From Octopus vulgaris (lineage: Eukaryota): DNA of 64,000 nt. Below are positions 14,210-31,184 of the stretch, piece after piece. The notes beneath the pieces were generated by a model. It was given only the letters and a program-made list of their open reading frames with translations, was not told the DNA's origin and did no database searches. Every line of letters begins with the position of its first letter. Positions within the stretch are counted from its first letter, which is position 1. The stretch lies in contig OX597824.1 of NCBI GenBank assembly GCA_951406725.2, forward strand, positions 51,770,001-51,834,000, in the 5' to 3' direction. A program made the position numbers and the translations under genes.

Positions 14210-14662
<453 letters not shown>

Positions 14663-14699
14663 GCACACACACACACACACATACACACATATATACATA

Positions 14700-14860
14700 G
14701 GCGCAGGAGTGGATGTGTGGTAAGAAGCTTGCTTACCAACCACATGTTTCTAGGTTTAGTCCCACTATGTGGGACCTTGGGCAGGTATCTTCTCCTATAG
14801 CCACGGGCCGACCAAAGCCTTGTGAGTGGATTTGGTAGACGGAAACTGAAAGAAGGCTGT

Positions 14861-14897
<37 letters not shown>

Positions 14898-14928
14898 TGG
14901 TTGGGAAACAGAGACACAAACATATGCA

Positions 14929-14962
<34 letters not shown>

Positions 14963-15192
14963 TATATATGTTTATATATGTATATGTTTGTGTGTCTGTC
15001 TTTTCCCACCGCCATCGCTTGACAACCGATGCTGGTGTGTTTACGTCCCCGTAACTTATCGGTTCGGCAAAAGAGAACAATAGAATAAGTACTAGGCTTA
15101 CAAAGAATAAGTCTTGGGGGCGATTTGTTCGACTAAAGGCGGTGCTACAGTATGGCCGCAGTCAGATGTCTAAAACAAAAGAATTAATGAAA
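14700..15192 (+). mobile_element. SINE family B, full-length (tRNA head, CORE-like accttgggcaag, internal TA/TG microsatellite)
   Basis: Matches copies at 15275-15672, 51810-52168 and 57562-57974. It resembles described octopus CORE-type SINEs (recall). Confidence 0.9.
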
Positions 15193-15196
15193 AAAG

Positions 15197-15243
<47 letters not shown>

Positions 15244-15274
15244 TATAGACACACACACACACATATATACTCTA

Positions 15275-15672
15275 GTACTCTTTTACGCGTTTCAGCCATT
15301 TGACTGTGGCCATGCTGGAGTAACACCTCAAACGGTTTCAGTCGGAGAAATCGACCCCGGGACTTATTCTTTGCAAGCCTAGTACTTATTCTATCGGTCT
15401 CTTTTTCCCAACCGCTGGATACGGGGACATAAACACACCAACATCGGTTATCGAGAGATGGTGGGGGACAAACACAGACACAATGACACATACACATAAA
15501 TACATATATACAACAGGCCTCTTTCAGTTTCCGTCTACCAAATCCACTCACAAGGCTTTGGTCGGCCCGAGGCTGTAGTAGAAGACACTTGCAGTAGATG
15601 CCACAAATTGAGACTGAGCCCAGAACCTTGTAATTGGTAAGCAAGCTTCTTACCACACAACCACACTGCGCC
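15275..15672 (-). mobile_element. SINE family B, full-length
   Basis: Reverse complement of the adjacent 14700-15192 family sequence. Confidence 0.9.
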
Positions 15673-15735
15673 TTTACATACATACATGCATACATACATA
15701 AATACATACATATATATATATATATATACACACGC

Positions 15736-15798
<63 letters not shown>

Positions 15799-16369
15799 TA
15801 AATATGGGAGTGTATTTCGTTGCAGGAATAAATATAGGCAAAGTTGTTGAAAATGCACCTAAATTTGAAAAACTTATTATTGTTTAAAATAAATTTATTT
15901 ACATATATACCAATGTTTCAACAATATTTTTTAAATATCAATGGTTAAAATTTAGTATTATGAATTAGAAAAACATACATACATACATACATACATACAT
16001 ACGTATGTATATATATGTGTGTGTGTGTGATTATGTAATTATGCATAGAGAAGTCATATGCAATATGTTTAACTGCCATAAATTTAGTTATGCTGTGAAA
16101 ATAAACATTGCGGATAAGTTGCAGAAGCTTCGAGGGCTGGAGCGTTGATCGAACTAGCTTGTTTCGTCCATCATTCAGTATAGCATACCTCATTTTCGTC
16201 TTTCATCAAGTATCGCTTACTTCATTTGTCAAAGGCAACAGGCTTACACTTCAAAACCAAAAATATAAACAAATACTGACAGGTATAACGAAATCTACAT
16301 ATTCTCAATCCCGCAATATTCTAAAAGCGTTTAAACACACAAACTCACTTACGCACGCATGCACACACA

Positions 16370-16427
<58 letters not shown>

Positions 16428-16619
16428 TATGTAGACATACACACAGGGTAAAACGTAGCCCTGTGTTTTCGAGTGTTTGTGCTCTGAATTACCCAGGGGA
16501 AGGCCATTTCTACTGCAACCTCGGATTCAACAATACCAGTGGCTTACAGTAAGTACAAATGAGTCCGTGTGTATATCTGTGTGTATGTATATGTATGTGC
16601 GTGTGTATATGTATATGTC

Positions 16620-17485
16620 CAAGAACCCGGTGTTGTTAGTATTGTGTCCCCCTAGCAAGAGGTAGTTGTGAAAGGATTCTAGTGCCTTGATCCGATGGGG
16701 GAAATTCCTAAGACAGAAGTGCTCGACTCCGCGGGTGGTGTCGAGAAAAAGGGTTTCTATTTCATACATATGACCAGATCGATTATGATTTCTTGCTGTA
16801 TCATCTGTCAAAAGATCTCAGCAAATAGATAGGCATGTGGAAATATGAGGACGCCGACAGAAGCGTCTTTCAGGACCTTCTTTAATATCCAGGAGAAGCT
16901 AAATGCTTTTAACTAGGTATATATGGTCGTTGACAGAAAGTGGCAAGGGTGACAACATCAAGTGGAGAGTGCTAGAGAGGTGCAAGCCATACTTCAATAG
17001 CAATAAGACTTGCAGGCTTTGCTTGACGGAGACTTATACAATAGAACACTCTTCCATCGGATACCTACCTAAATCCTAAAAGTGAATTTTTCCGATCCTA
17101 CCATCATCATGAGAAACACGTATTTAGATATGTGCAGATTGTATACCAACTTTCCACCCCAACTTGCACACAGATCAACTCCATCTCGCTCTTACCCCAG
17201 CCCCAACCCCACTCTGTAGGTATTTACCCTTATATCGTGAAGGCACTCCGATCCTTTCTAGAAGAAATTCCCCTCTGAGCATTTATCCTTTAATTTTTTT
17301 CACAAAACCTACAAACTGGATCTGACATTTCCTGACCGCCCATGGTAAACAGCCATCATCATACTCTTCCTTCCAGCAGTTCTAACGAGTGTTAGTATTG
17401 GTTTTTCCACACTCTCGTGTGCGAAAGCGATTGGTTAAATCGGATGAAATGAATCTATAATACTGTATTTTATAATCGTCGTATT
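16620..17485 (+). pseudogene. Penelope-like element 3' remnant (GIY-YIG endonuclease region plus terminal repeat)
   Basis: The segment ~16810-17035 gives DLSK*IGM (YIG) and RYIWSLTESGKGDNIKWRVLERCKPYFNSNKTCRLCLTE, the YIW..IKW..CxLCLxE signature of PLE endonucleases. It ends in (TA)n. Confidence 0.75.
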
Positions 17486-17889
17486 ATATATATATATATA
17501 TATATATATAAATGTTACGTGGATGACCTTATATTTGTTTGTTCTGCAACCATAGTTTAATATATATATATATATATATTGTGAATAATAGAAGATGGTG
17601 GTTGTTTCTGAAATATCTCTTGGTTCAGATAGGCACTAGGGTACTTAATGAAGGAGCGAAAAAAAGTTCAGTTAAAGTACGTCTTCAGTGATGAAAATAC
17701 CCATTGTCTAAATAACTAATTCTAGTTACGAAACACGAAGCAGATATATTCAAGACTTTTGTGATAGATTTGGAGTGCAATTTACTTCTGGTGTAGTAAG
17801 GGTGCAGCATTAGCAGCATCATTAGAGTGAATTAGATTCAATATTTGGACTCGTCGCTGTAAACTTACTTGTTATTATTGTTGTTGTTG

Positions 17890-17980
<91 letters not shown>

Positions 17981-17982
<2 letters not shown>

Positions 17983-19794
17983 TATGTTTGACTTTTGCTT
18001 TATGTTTGTACAAGTTGGCTCCAAGTCTCACCCAGAGACTTCAAGAGACAACAGGTTGGAAGTTCACGTTGTTGTTATGCCTAGTGTGCCATATATTCGT
18101 TTTTTTTTGGGTGTTGTACTAGTGAATGTCTAATAAATAAATTTTAAAAAAATTGTTTGTTTTAAAACTTGAGATTACATAGAAAGTATTTTGCGTAGGA
18201 TATGAGCAGTTCCCATGGGCACTATCTTTTGAATTTCTGCCATTTTGGGGTTTCCTGGTATCTGAGTTAGGTAGCAATCAGTCCCTTTCGCTATCATTTC
18301 CAGGGCACCTATGACAACAGGTATTGTTTTAGTCTTCAGGTTCCACATTTTGCTGATTTCTATTTCAAGATCTTTATATTTGCTCAGTTTCTGGTAGGTC
18401 TTGACAGATACGTTTATGTCGATTAGGACAGTCATATCAATGAGGAGGCATGTTCTTTGTCTGAAGTCTTTCAATATTATGTCTGGCCTATTTGCATCTA
18501 TCTTTCTGTCAGTTTGAATGGTGAAGTTCCAGAGGAGTGAGATGTGGTCCTTTTCAAGCACTGGAGGTAGTTTGTGTTCCCACCAGTTTCTTTCATGGGG
18601 CAAATCCAGGTTTTTGCAAATTACCCAGTGAATATATTGTGCAGCTCCATCATGCTTGTTGAGATACTCTGTAGGCGCTAGAAGACTGCACTTGGAGACA
18701 ACATGATCAATGGTTTCATTTTGTTGTCGACATACACGACATGTTGGGCTACTGCCATTCTTTAATATGTTGGCCTGGTAGTTTCTTGTTGGTAGGCATT
18801 GATCTTGAGCTGCTATGATAAACCCTTCTGTTTCAGATTTTAAGCCAGAGGCCATTAGCCATTGATGGGTCAGGGCTTTGCCAATATCTGCATTATTCGC
18901 TCTCTTTGGGTATTTGCCTTAGAGAGGTTTTTCTTGCCATTTATCATTCAGAATATCTAAGGCCGCAGTTTTAGCACGGATTGTCATGCGCTTAGCTTTT
19001 TCTGTGCTTGTTTCTTGTATGTCTATCTCTAATTCCGAAATTTGTTGTATTCGGAATTCACTTAGATATTCCTTTGCCTGTTTTGTTACTGAGTATGATG
19101 CTTTCTTTTTTTCATGTTTTGAGACAAGTTTTAACATTCAGTCCTCAGACTTTTTCAGGTAGGTGTCTAGGCCAATTGTAGCAATCTTCATTGTTATTGC
19201 CAGTTGTAAAAGACCACGGCCTCCCTATTTTCTTGGCAGATAAAGTCGTTCGGTATCTGCCTTAGGGTGGTGCATTCTATGCATTGTCAACAGTTTTCGT
19301 ATTTTTCTGTCAAGCTGACATATTTCAGTAATTGACCAGTTAACGATATTGAAACTGTAAGTCACGACTGGTATGGCTAAAGCATTGATCGCTTCGATCC
19401 TGTTTCTTGCATTCAGCTCTGTCTTGAGTATTGCTCTCACTCTTCGATAAAATTCTCTCCTGATCCTTTCCTTCATCTCTGAATGCCTTATTCCGTCCCC
19501 TTTAATTACCCCTAGGTACTTGTAGCTCTCCGCTGGGTCTAATTCTTTTATGGCATTCTGCTGGTGAAGGTTAACGTTAGATGTTTCTGTCATTTTTCCT
19601 TTGATAAAGGTAGCTTTTGCACATTTATCGAGGCCAAATTGCATTCTGATGTCGTCACTGAATTGTTTGACAATCGCTAGTAAGCCCTTGAGTTGTTGGT
19701 CATTTTTTTCAAAAAGCTTTAAATCATCCATGTAAATGAGATGATTTATATTTTTATCAAACATTTTATATCCGTACTGCGCGTCATTGAGCAG

Positions 19795-19795
<1 letters not shown>
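17981..19795 (-). mobile_element. 5'-truncated R4/Dong-clade non-LTR retrotransposon (RT, CCHC, RLE)
   Basis: Motifs HLIYMDDLKLF, FGLDKC, YKYLG, RLYLPR, IAAQDQ, CRVC..ETIDHVVSKC and RPDI..LLID. The three ORF pieces share one frame broken only by stop codons. There is a ~190-bp 3' UTR, and (AAT)n on both sides on the sense strand. Confidence 0.93.
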
Positions 19796-19874
<79 letters not shown>

Positions 19875-19878
19875 CATT

Positions 19879-20400
19879 GAGTGAGAGAGCAGTGCATGCC
19901 ATCAAAGTGACACTGGGATAAAATATACGAAACACAGTATACCCACCATGACTACCCGTCTGATAAGGGTACACCAGGCACATGCATCACAACCATATGT
20001 GCATGACATAGTGATCTCATATCAAGATAAACAGCTCATGACCATGCAGTTAGAATTTTCGAGCCATCCCGCCCAAAATAAGGATTGTTCAACGATGTTG
20101 AACGAATCACCCATGTTTCAAAAGGTGAATTATCCAAACCTCTAAGAATTCCTTTCAACACACAGCTATGATGCTCCCCCAACTACTTCTACTCATGATC
20201 AGAGATGCACATAACGTCAGCCACTAAGGGACATGCTCAACTGGTTAAGATCAACCAACTGACAAGCAAATCTGTGGTATTGAGCAGAATATTTGCTGTA
20301 GCCCATCTTTTATACCAAGACAAAATAATGTACATGATAACACTTCCAATCAGTTAAGATCAGAAGCCATGGGAGCCACTGTCTGGTACTGCATCGGGGC

Positions 20401-20402
<2 letters not shown>
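19879..20402 (-). mobile_element. Element E, near full-length
   Basis: Reverse complement of 7267-7821 with small deletions; flanked by (ATT)n. Confidence 0.9.
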
Positions 20403-20492
<90 letters not shown>

Positions 20493-21747
20493 GATTTTAG
20501 TTTGGGACGGTCGACTGAATTAACTGCAGTGCTTGCCTGCTTGTTATGTATTGGAATTCAGTGAAATCAAACGCATAATCAACCCTGCTGAAATCTGAAC
20601 TTGAAACATAGAAGGACATACGTACAGGTTGGTACACCACAGTTTCCCCCACTCCACTCAGTCTACACCTTCTAAGTGTTATTGTTGCCAAAAGAAAGGA
20701 ATTGGTTACTGCCAAGAATAAGCAGATCTCCTCAAGGCAAAACGAAGAATTCGCTGATGACTTAATGACTGGTGGCGCCAGTCAAGTGCGTTTACCTTAG
20801 AAGTGAACATTCTGATTGGAATCTAAATGTTTTTCTGTTCGAATTATGAAACATTAAGTATGAATTATATAACATTTTGTGATAATTTCTCTTATTTACT
20901 CTGCCAGTTCTGAGTATTATCGGATGAGTCAAAACAAGCCGGAAGGTTGTAATATAGATTTGAATATTGGTCGAAACTATTTCTCACCGTAATTTCTCGA
21001 AGTCTATGATTTGAAGTCTATGTAATATAGAATTGTGGGTTCCACTAGGTTAAAAATAAAAAGAAACAAACTTGACAATTAATTGAAAACATCATTCGGT
21101 GATAATTTTAAAAAGACATTAAAGTGTTGAAGTTCTCCACTTCTTAGTCTTCTCTCTTAGTACTCCGTGTTAAACTTCTCTCTTGGTCTTCACTCGTAGT
21201 TTACATATTTTTGTATCTCTTTCGACAGGATAGCAGTCTGGAAGTGGCAGAGAATATAGTTATAGTAAGTATTTAGATATCTTGAAACTAGCAGACCACT
21301 TTATAATATATGGTATTTAGTTAACAACTTTTGCCTTTTATCTTTCTGTAATCGATGCTATAGGTTACCAGTCAAGTAGAGGAGTCGATTAAATTGGAGC
21401 CTTAATGTTTGGCCTCATGACGAACGTCACTTCAGTGAGCACGAAAAACCTACTTAGGGCCAGTTTTAGCTACAAAAATGACGAATAAGTTTAATTTCTG
21501 TAAGGAATAGACTGTCTAACATAGGAAATGATGTTATTGGATTGTTAGTGTTGCAGAAAGAAAGTCTATCTAACAAGGAGCTGATGCTATTAGAAAAAGA
21601 ACAAACTGAGAATACAGATAAGTCAAATTGGATACAAACATTATTGGTGAACATACCATAAAAGTACAAGAGGATCTTACAATGAGCCCAGTTGATGTTA
21701 TATATATATACATAAGTGAATATATATATGTATATATATATACATAT

Positions 21748-21806
<59 letters not shown>

Positions 21807-21922
21807 CAATTACAGCGTGCAATTGTTTTCGTTCCAGCACACGATCTCAGCAAATCACGATCTCTATATATATATATATATATATATATAGATCAAATCA
21901 CTATATATATATATATAGTATA

Positions 21923-21958
<36 letters not shown>

Positions 21959-21962
<4 letters not shown>

Positions 21963-23232
21963 GTCATTCCGTAAGTTCTGGCCGATTTTACCTTTTTTAA
22001 AGTTGAAAGAAATTTAATAGTATTTTAGAATGTCTAATGAAATTAAAAATTATTTTTATGCATTTGTATATATTTAAACTAATTGAATATTATTTTACAG
22101 AATAATAGAATTAAAATTTATTTGATTAAAACCCTTTCTAACATGGAAGTATCCAAAGAGCATTTGAGGCACATAATGCTTTATGAGTACAAAAAAAGGA
22201 AACTCTGCAGCCGAAGCGACTCGGAACATAAACTCAGTTTATGGGAAAGAATGCTTGCATGAAAGAACTTGCAGAAGACGGTTTGCAAAATTCAGAAGTG
22301 GAGATTTCAGTCTTGAAGATGAAGATCGAACAGGACGTCCAGTTGAGTTTGATGATAAGATCCTTGAGGCATTAGCTGAAGAAAATCCTGCATTATCAGT
22401 TGAAGAATTGGCAATAAAGCTTAGCTGAAACCATACAACTGTTCATCGTCATCTTCAACAACTTGGAAAGGTTCCTAAACTCGGAAAATAGGTGCCACAT
22501 GAATTGTTCGAAAGCAACCGCAATTCCCAAGTTGACATTTCCTCTTCTCTCCATTCTCGCGAACTAATTTCACCTTTTTTGAATAGACTTGTGACTGGCG
22601 ACGAATAATGGATCTTCTATAGAAACAGTCGTAAACAGTGGTTTGGTAAAAGGGAAAAAGCTCAACCACAACCGAGAAGGGAACTTCATGGAAAAAAGGT
22701 TCTTTTCTCTATCTGGTGAGATTGCAAAGGAGTAATTCACTTTGAATTGTTACCACCTAATGCAACAATCAATGCTCAAGTCAGCAATTAGAGCGTTTGA
22801 ACCAAACTTTGAAGAAAAAAAAGACCCGCTTTAGTGAATCGAAAAGGAGTGATGTTTCATCAGGACAATGCGCGACCCCACACTGCAAAGATCACATCAC
22901 AGAAGATCGAAGAGCTTGATTGGGAAAAAATTTCTCATCCACATTATTCTCCAGACCTTGCTCCTTCAGACAACAAAATGCTTCGTAGTTTACAGAATCA
23001 ATTGGGGGACATAAATTTCGCAAGCCAGGAGGTAGGAACTGACATTTCAGAGTTCATCGCTTTGAAACCAAAAGAGTTTTACATTGATGGGATTAAAAAG
23101 TTTGTAAATAGATGGAAGGAAGTCATAGATAATCAGGGAAAGTACATTAATGATTAAATTTGAATTAAATATAACATTTGATCACTTGTTTTCTTTATTC
23201 AAAATTCGGACAGAACTTACGGGATGACCTGA
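21959..23232 (+). mobile_element. Full-length mariner (DD34D) transposon, 1274 bp
   Basis: 27-bp TIRs tcaggtcattccgtaagttctggccga / tcggacagaacttacgggatgacctga (2 mismatches), with TA on both sides. Confidence 0.96.
22143..23157 (+). pseudogene. Mariner transposase pseudogene
   Basis: MEVSKEHLRHIMLYEYKK, *VPHEL, VTGDE*W, HQDNARPH and YSPDLAPSD motifs, with frameshifts and stops. Confidence 0.94.
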
Positions 23233-23247
23233 TATTAATATTTCTAA

Positions 23248-23800
23248 ATCTCTTTAAAGGAGACTACGGCAACAGGGCAATAGTTATGGATATTAATAGT
23301 TATCGCCTAGCTAACATGGCAGTCCTGGAAAATAGGACGAATGCTGCCGTTTGTTGGCTCCAAGAGGCCATCGCCCAACTCCGAATCTAGTCTGTAGATG
23401 TTGAACCAGCAAGGGGAAGCTGCTGACCTCCCCTGTACGAAGGTTGTAATGGATACAGGTTTGTGTGTTACATAGCAAGCTTGAGGAGATGGCCTCTTGG
23501 AGCCAATCAACGCCTATTAAATATTTTCCTGTATCTGTTAGTGGCTGGAAAGTGGTTGCCCGATAAGTGACAGGAATCTTTTACCAATATTAGTTTTTAT
23601 ATTAAGAAAAAGGGAGGAGCGAACCAAATAATTTTCCTAGGCTTATTCATAGGTTTCTTATTATCCTGCTTAATAGTAGAGTGGTTATGTAATACTTTAT
23701 TTTTTATGCCATTAGATCTATTAGTAATATTTTTATTATGATTAGAGGGATGATATATTAATTCATCTTTGACGCCACTAACTGGCCTATTAATATTATC
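23248..23800. pseudogene. Two convergent Penelope-like ORF fragments
   Basis: Plus strand LFKGDYGNRAIVMDINSY resembles the PLE KADKG..VVMD motif. Minus strand (~23515-23650) reads RKIIWFAPPF/LNIKTNIGKRFLSLI/NHFPATNRYRKIFNR, the PLE RT-endonuclease linker. Confidence 0.75.
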
Positions 23801-23819
23801 GATAATGATAAAAATAATG

Positions 23820-24038
23820 GTTTAAAATTTTACCACAAGGGCAGTAATTTTGGGGGCGGGGGCTTAGCCGATTACATCGACCCCAGTGTTCAACTGGTAC
23901 GGTACTTATTTTATCGTCCCCGAACGGATGAATGGGGAAGTCAACCACAGTGGAACTTGAGCTCAGAACGCAGCGACAGAGGAAATACCGCTCAGTATTT
24001 CGCCCGGCACGCTAACGATTCAGCCAGTTCATCGCCTC
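23820..24038 (-). mobile_element. SINE family A, full-length
   Basis: Family match. Confidence 0.88.
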
Positions 24039-24080
24039 AATAATAATTTAATAATAATAATAACGATGATGATGATGGTG

Positions 24081-26767
<2,687 letters not shown>

Positions 26768-27342
26768 TTACGTCAATATAAAATATAGAGACACTTTTTC
26801 TTTAAAAAAAAGGCTTCCTGCTCTTCATTAAAAACGTCTTCTTACCAAAAAGATCCCTAAAAGAACAGAACGAGGAAAATTCGAAAAATAATATAAAATA
26901 AAAATACGAGAAAAAATAACATGAAAGAACGCGCGGTGCGCACGCACGCACACACACACGCGTTCATACACACACACACGCAGAAAAAATTACTAGATGA
27001 AAGAAATAAAAAAATTCTGAATCATGCAAAAAATAATAAAAATCGAAACATGAGGAAAAAAATATTTAAATAAATGAAGTAAAAAACACGAGGCAAAGCA
27101 AATATAAATATAAGAAAACAGCGTAATGAAATACGAATAAAACTGATTCACGAAAACTGTCGAAAGATAAAAAGATAAAACAAAGTGGAAACACATATAT
27201 ACACATATATACAAATTCATACACACACACACACATACACGCGCGCGCGCACAAAGCATATATGCACACTCAAATGAGAAAGAATAGAGCACATATATAA
27301 AAAAAACGAAAAAACAACATTGTTTTTAATAAATAAATACAA

Positions 27343-27409
<67 letters not shown>

Positions 27410-27434
27410 AAATATATATTTATTCATACACACA

Positions 27435-27480
<46 letters not shown>

Positions 27481-27506
27481 TACACATATGTATGTATGCG
27501 CATATG

Positions 27507-27543
<37 letters not shown>

Positions 27544-28069
27544 GAAACGCAAATGGTACAAATAAATGTTTAAAAAGATACATCAAATTGTAATTCTTTG
27601 TTGGTAACTATTTCGAATCTGTTAAATTTGATCTACAGCTGTAGGTTAAACAAAATAAACTAAAAATAATACAATAATGGTCGGGTTAATTAATCTCTTC
27701 GACACCCTCCCTCTGCCTTAGACACATCACTTCTACATTTACCCCAAAAAAATAAATACATAAATTGAAGTTACATTGTAGTCTTCGTTTCATCTTTCGT
27801 CCCTCCCACCACCTTTTTTTTATATTTTTAACGTGAAATGTAGTTTGTTTTTGTCATCTGTACGTTCTGTATTTGCTTTTAGGAGTTTCTGGCTTTTTGT
27901 GTATTTTTTCATAGTTTTTTGTTCTGTTTTGAGTGTTTATTTCGTTCCGTTTAAAAAAAAAAATGTTTTGTTTTTCCTTTGCTTTATTTGATATTCCCAG
28001 CTGACAATAACAATAACAACATTGGTAACGGTAAGAAGATTAGCAACAAGTCAGCTAGGAAGTTTCTAA

Positions 28070-28795
28070 ACGACCGTTCAACCTGGTAGAAGTAGAAGCC
28101 AAATAACACTCAAATCACACTCCACCGTTATAAATAAAGGAAGATGCAATGGATAATGGTTATAGACTCTGACATACCAAAAACAAGATGGTCAGTGTTG
28201 GAACAACATTAGTCCTAGCGCTGTTTGATTCGGGCTGACCTAGGGTTCAGCACCAGGAATAAGAACATGTACAAAGGAATCTGACAGCAGCAACAACGAT
28301 GTTGATGACAGAGAACAACAAAGATGAGAAAAAATAGAATAAGAACAACAGCATAGCAGGAGTAATAACACCAATAAAAATAATAATCCTTTCTACTATA
28401 AGCACAAGGCCTGGAATTTGGGAGAGCGGAATAAGTCGATTACATCGACCCCAGTATTCAGCTGGTGCTTATTTTATCGACCCCAAAAGATAAAAGGTAA
28501 ATTGGACCTCGGCGGAATTTGAACTCAGAATGTGAAAACGAACGAAACACTGCTAAGCATTTCGCCCAGCGTGCTTACGAGCCTGTCAAGCTCACCGCCT
28601 TAAGAGCAATAATAATAATAACACTGATGCGTACAAGTGAGTCGGAAAGTCAGTGCATGATCTGCTAGAAATAGCAACCAAATCTCCATCGATTTCTCTC
28701 TCCCTACGTCTAAAAACATTGTCTGAAAAACAAAAAGACAGTCATGGCTGTAATAATCATAACTCTCGATCAGGGCTGACCTGGTGCTAAATTAC
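28070..28795. mobile_element. Family D copies (28070-28250, 28655-28792) flanking a SINE A copy (28386-28602, minus)
   Basis: Motif matches to other copies in the window. Confidence 0.75.
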
Positions 28796-29282
28796 AAAAG
28801 TAATACCACCAGCAGCAGCACCCCCACCATCACCACGGCAACAACAACAACAACAACAAAGATGATGTTTGATAATAATGTACATTATGAGGCAGGGAAT
28901 TGATAATGAAATCGATCGAGTATTTTATTGTCTTATTTTGTTGACCCAAAGTCTACTTAGGCCTGTTTCTTTATTTGTCATAAGGACAGCGGATGAGAGA
29001 CATTACAAAAACTAAACAAACAAGACTCACACATAGTCGGGGTATTGCATATAATAATAATGATAATGTTTTCTAACTTTAGCGCAAAGCCATATATTTT
29101 ATGTTAGATCTGATCAATTAGGTCTATGCCAGCATTACCGATCCTAGAAAGATGAAAGGCAATGTTGGCATTGCTAGGTTATGAAGTCAGAATGTAAAGA
29201 AGCATAATTTAACACCACATAACACTTTGTCGACGGGTCTACCGATTCTTCCATGGACCACCATCATCATAATTATTATCGC

Positions 29283-30880
29283 TTTTATTGGCTGTAAGTG
29301 TCCAAACATAAAATTAAAAAAAAGCACATTGAAGAAAAGTGTTACAAAACATGTAAAATAAGCGGAGGCTGCGACAGAAACATAACGCTATATATTAAAC
29401 AGGTTTAAACTTTAGAAAATCTCGTAAGGACACAAGTGAAGAGAAGCCGCCCCTAGTTGAGAACTCGGTACGTTATGAGTTCTAGTATTTTCCACACTAG
29501 CTGCAATCTGGACCTCCCGAATTTAGTTAAATATCATAATTATCCAAAGTATAAAATATCCCAAATAATATAAGGATATAAAAATTATTAGTATAGTTTT
29601 CATAAGCAGTGTCATTTGAGCTCATTGGTATTCTTTATTTCTTCGTCAGGCAACAAATCATTTCTTTTTCTCAGTCTTTCAGCAGTTTCCCTAAGTTATT
29701 ACTTTTTTTCGGTTAACATTGAAATTCATGCATTCCAGGGAAGAGGAAGTCTCTTTGAGTGGGATTTCCAGCCAGATTTTTGTCTTTAGCCTAGACTCTT
29801 TATTATTTTCTGTCTTCTTATTGTCCCTTACAATCCTTGACGGTTCCATTCCTTTCTCCAGTCTATAATCTTACCCAACTTCTGTTTAGAGCTCCTGGTT
29901 AGTATTATCCTAGAGAAAGCGACATAACGGCTTCTCGGTGCCCTATTTCGTGGGCTTCTCTTTCTGGTAACACTCATTTTGTGACAGTTCCATTTCTCTT
30001 TGCTCTAGCCATCTTTAGAGCAGCGACCGAAATAGTGGCAGCTACAATGACCATCGTCTTCGTCTCAGAGTCCGCATGCTGCGTTTGTTGTTGTTGCTGC
30101 ATCTGCTGCTGTCTGCCATTGCCGTTCACCATTTACCTTTATTTCCAGCATACAGTTACTGGATCTTCTGCTTTGCCACATTAGTCTGATTAACTCTAAT
30201 ACTATTTCATCAAAGGTGAACAGTTCTGGGATAGGCTTATGGTGTTAGGGATAATCGGAACAATGTCCATATACCCATCCACCGACCACTTCATATTGGG
30301 AGCCACTGTACAACATCCATCTACATTGTATCACAGAGATAACAATAAACGAAGAGTCAATGTCACTACCAATATCTCGAGCTGTCACCCTTATATTTCA
30401 CTCACACTTGTTCTCTCTACCTATCCAGTTTGTGGATAGCTATCAGGCTCATTAGCCCCATTTATCTGCTCACCTTCTCTTCGGTTTTGAAGACGATGTA
30501 CATGCTTCCATGCAGCTTTTCCAGGATAATGGATTACGCAACCTACCTACAATACATCAGTTTGAGTTTCCACGAAATCCCCATTTGAGATATCTAAGAC
30601 ACACCTTTTTTGAAAAACAGTCATGTCATATTCTTCGCCACCTTATCGATGAATTCCTCAGACAACGAAAATATGCTCTTTTGTGACCCACCTCTTCCAC
30701 GTTTCTTCTTTTATCTACAGTCGATCCATATCAATATGTTTCCTTTTGGCTTGCAACACTAGCAAAAATATGAGTCGCAGTTGCTTCCAGAACTTCTGTT
30801 TATCTCGTTCAAGTTCGGGCTTTTGCTTATCTAACTTTAGTTGTTTATAAATTGGTCTTTTCATTGTCATTTTTCTCCGT
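29283..30880 (-). mobile_element. Probable degraded LINE relic
   Basis: A poly(A)-signal-like end (cagccaataaaag+ataataatt on minus) and an A-rich minus strand similar in style to the 31185-33830 element. No clean motif. Confidence 0.3.
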
Positions 30881-30991
30881 TTATTTTTTTTCTATAACCT
30901 AAAAACGAAATTCGAAGGAACAAAAGTGCTCAATAAAAGTTGTAAAGTGAAATTGAAGAGTGAAATGCTTCGACAAGCAGAAAAACGATGT

Positions 30992-31180
30992 AGTAGAAGA
31001 AGAAGAAGAAGAAGAAGAAGAAGAAGAAGAAGAAGAAGAAGAAGAAGAAAAAGAAGAAGAAGAAGAAGAAGAAGAAGAAGCAGAAGAAGAAGAAGAAGAA
31101 GAAGAAGAAGAAGAAGAAGAAGAAGAAGAAGAAGAAGAAGAAGAAGAAGAAGAAGATGATGATGATGATAATGATGATGT
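30992..31180. repeat. (GAA)n polypurine tract grading into (GAT)n
   Basis: Direct reading; about 160 bp of GAA. Confidence 0.98.
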
Positions 31181-31184
31181 CTTC

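Noticed and set aside
19796-19983. N-terminus of the 252-aa RT ORF with poly-N
   Set aside because: It is a chance in-frame read through element E and (AAT)n into the truncated Dong.
22143-23157. Domesticated SETMAR-like gene
   Set aside because: It has multiple stops and frameshifts, intact TIRs and no SET exons.
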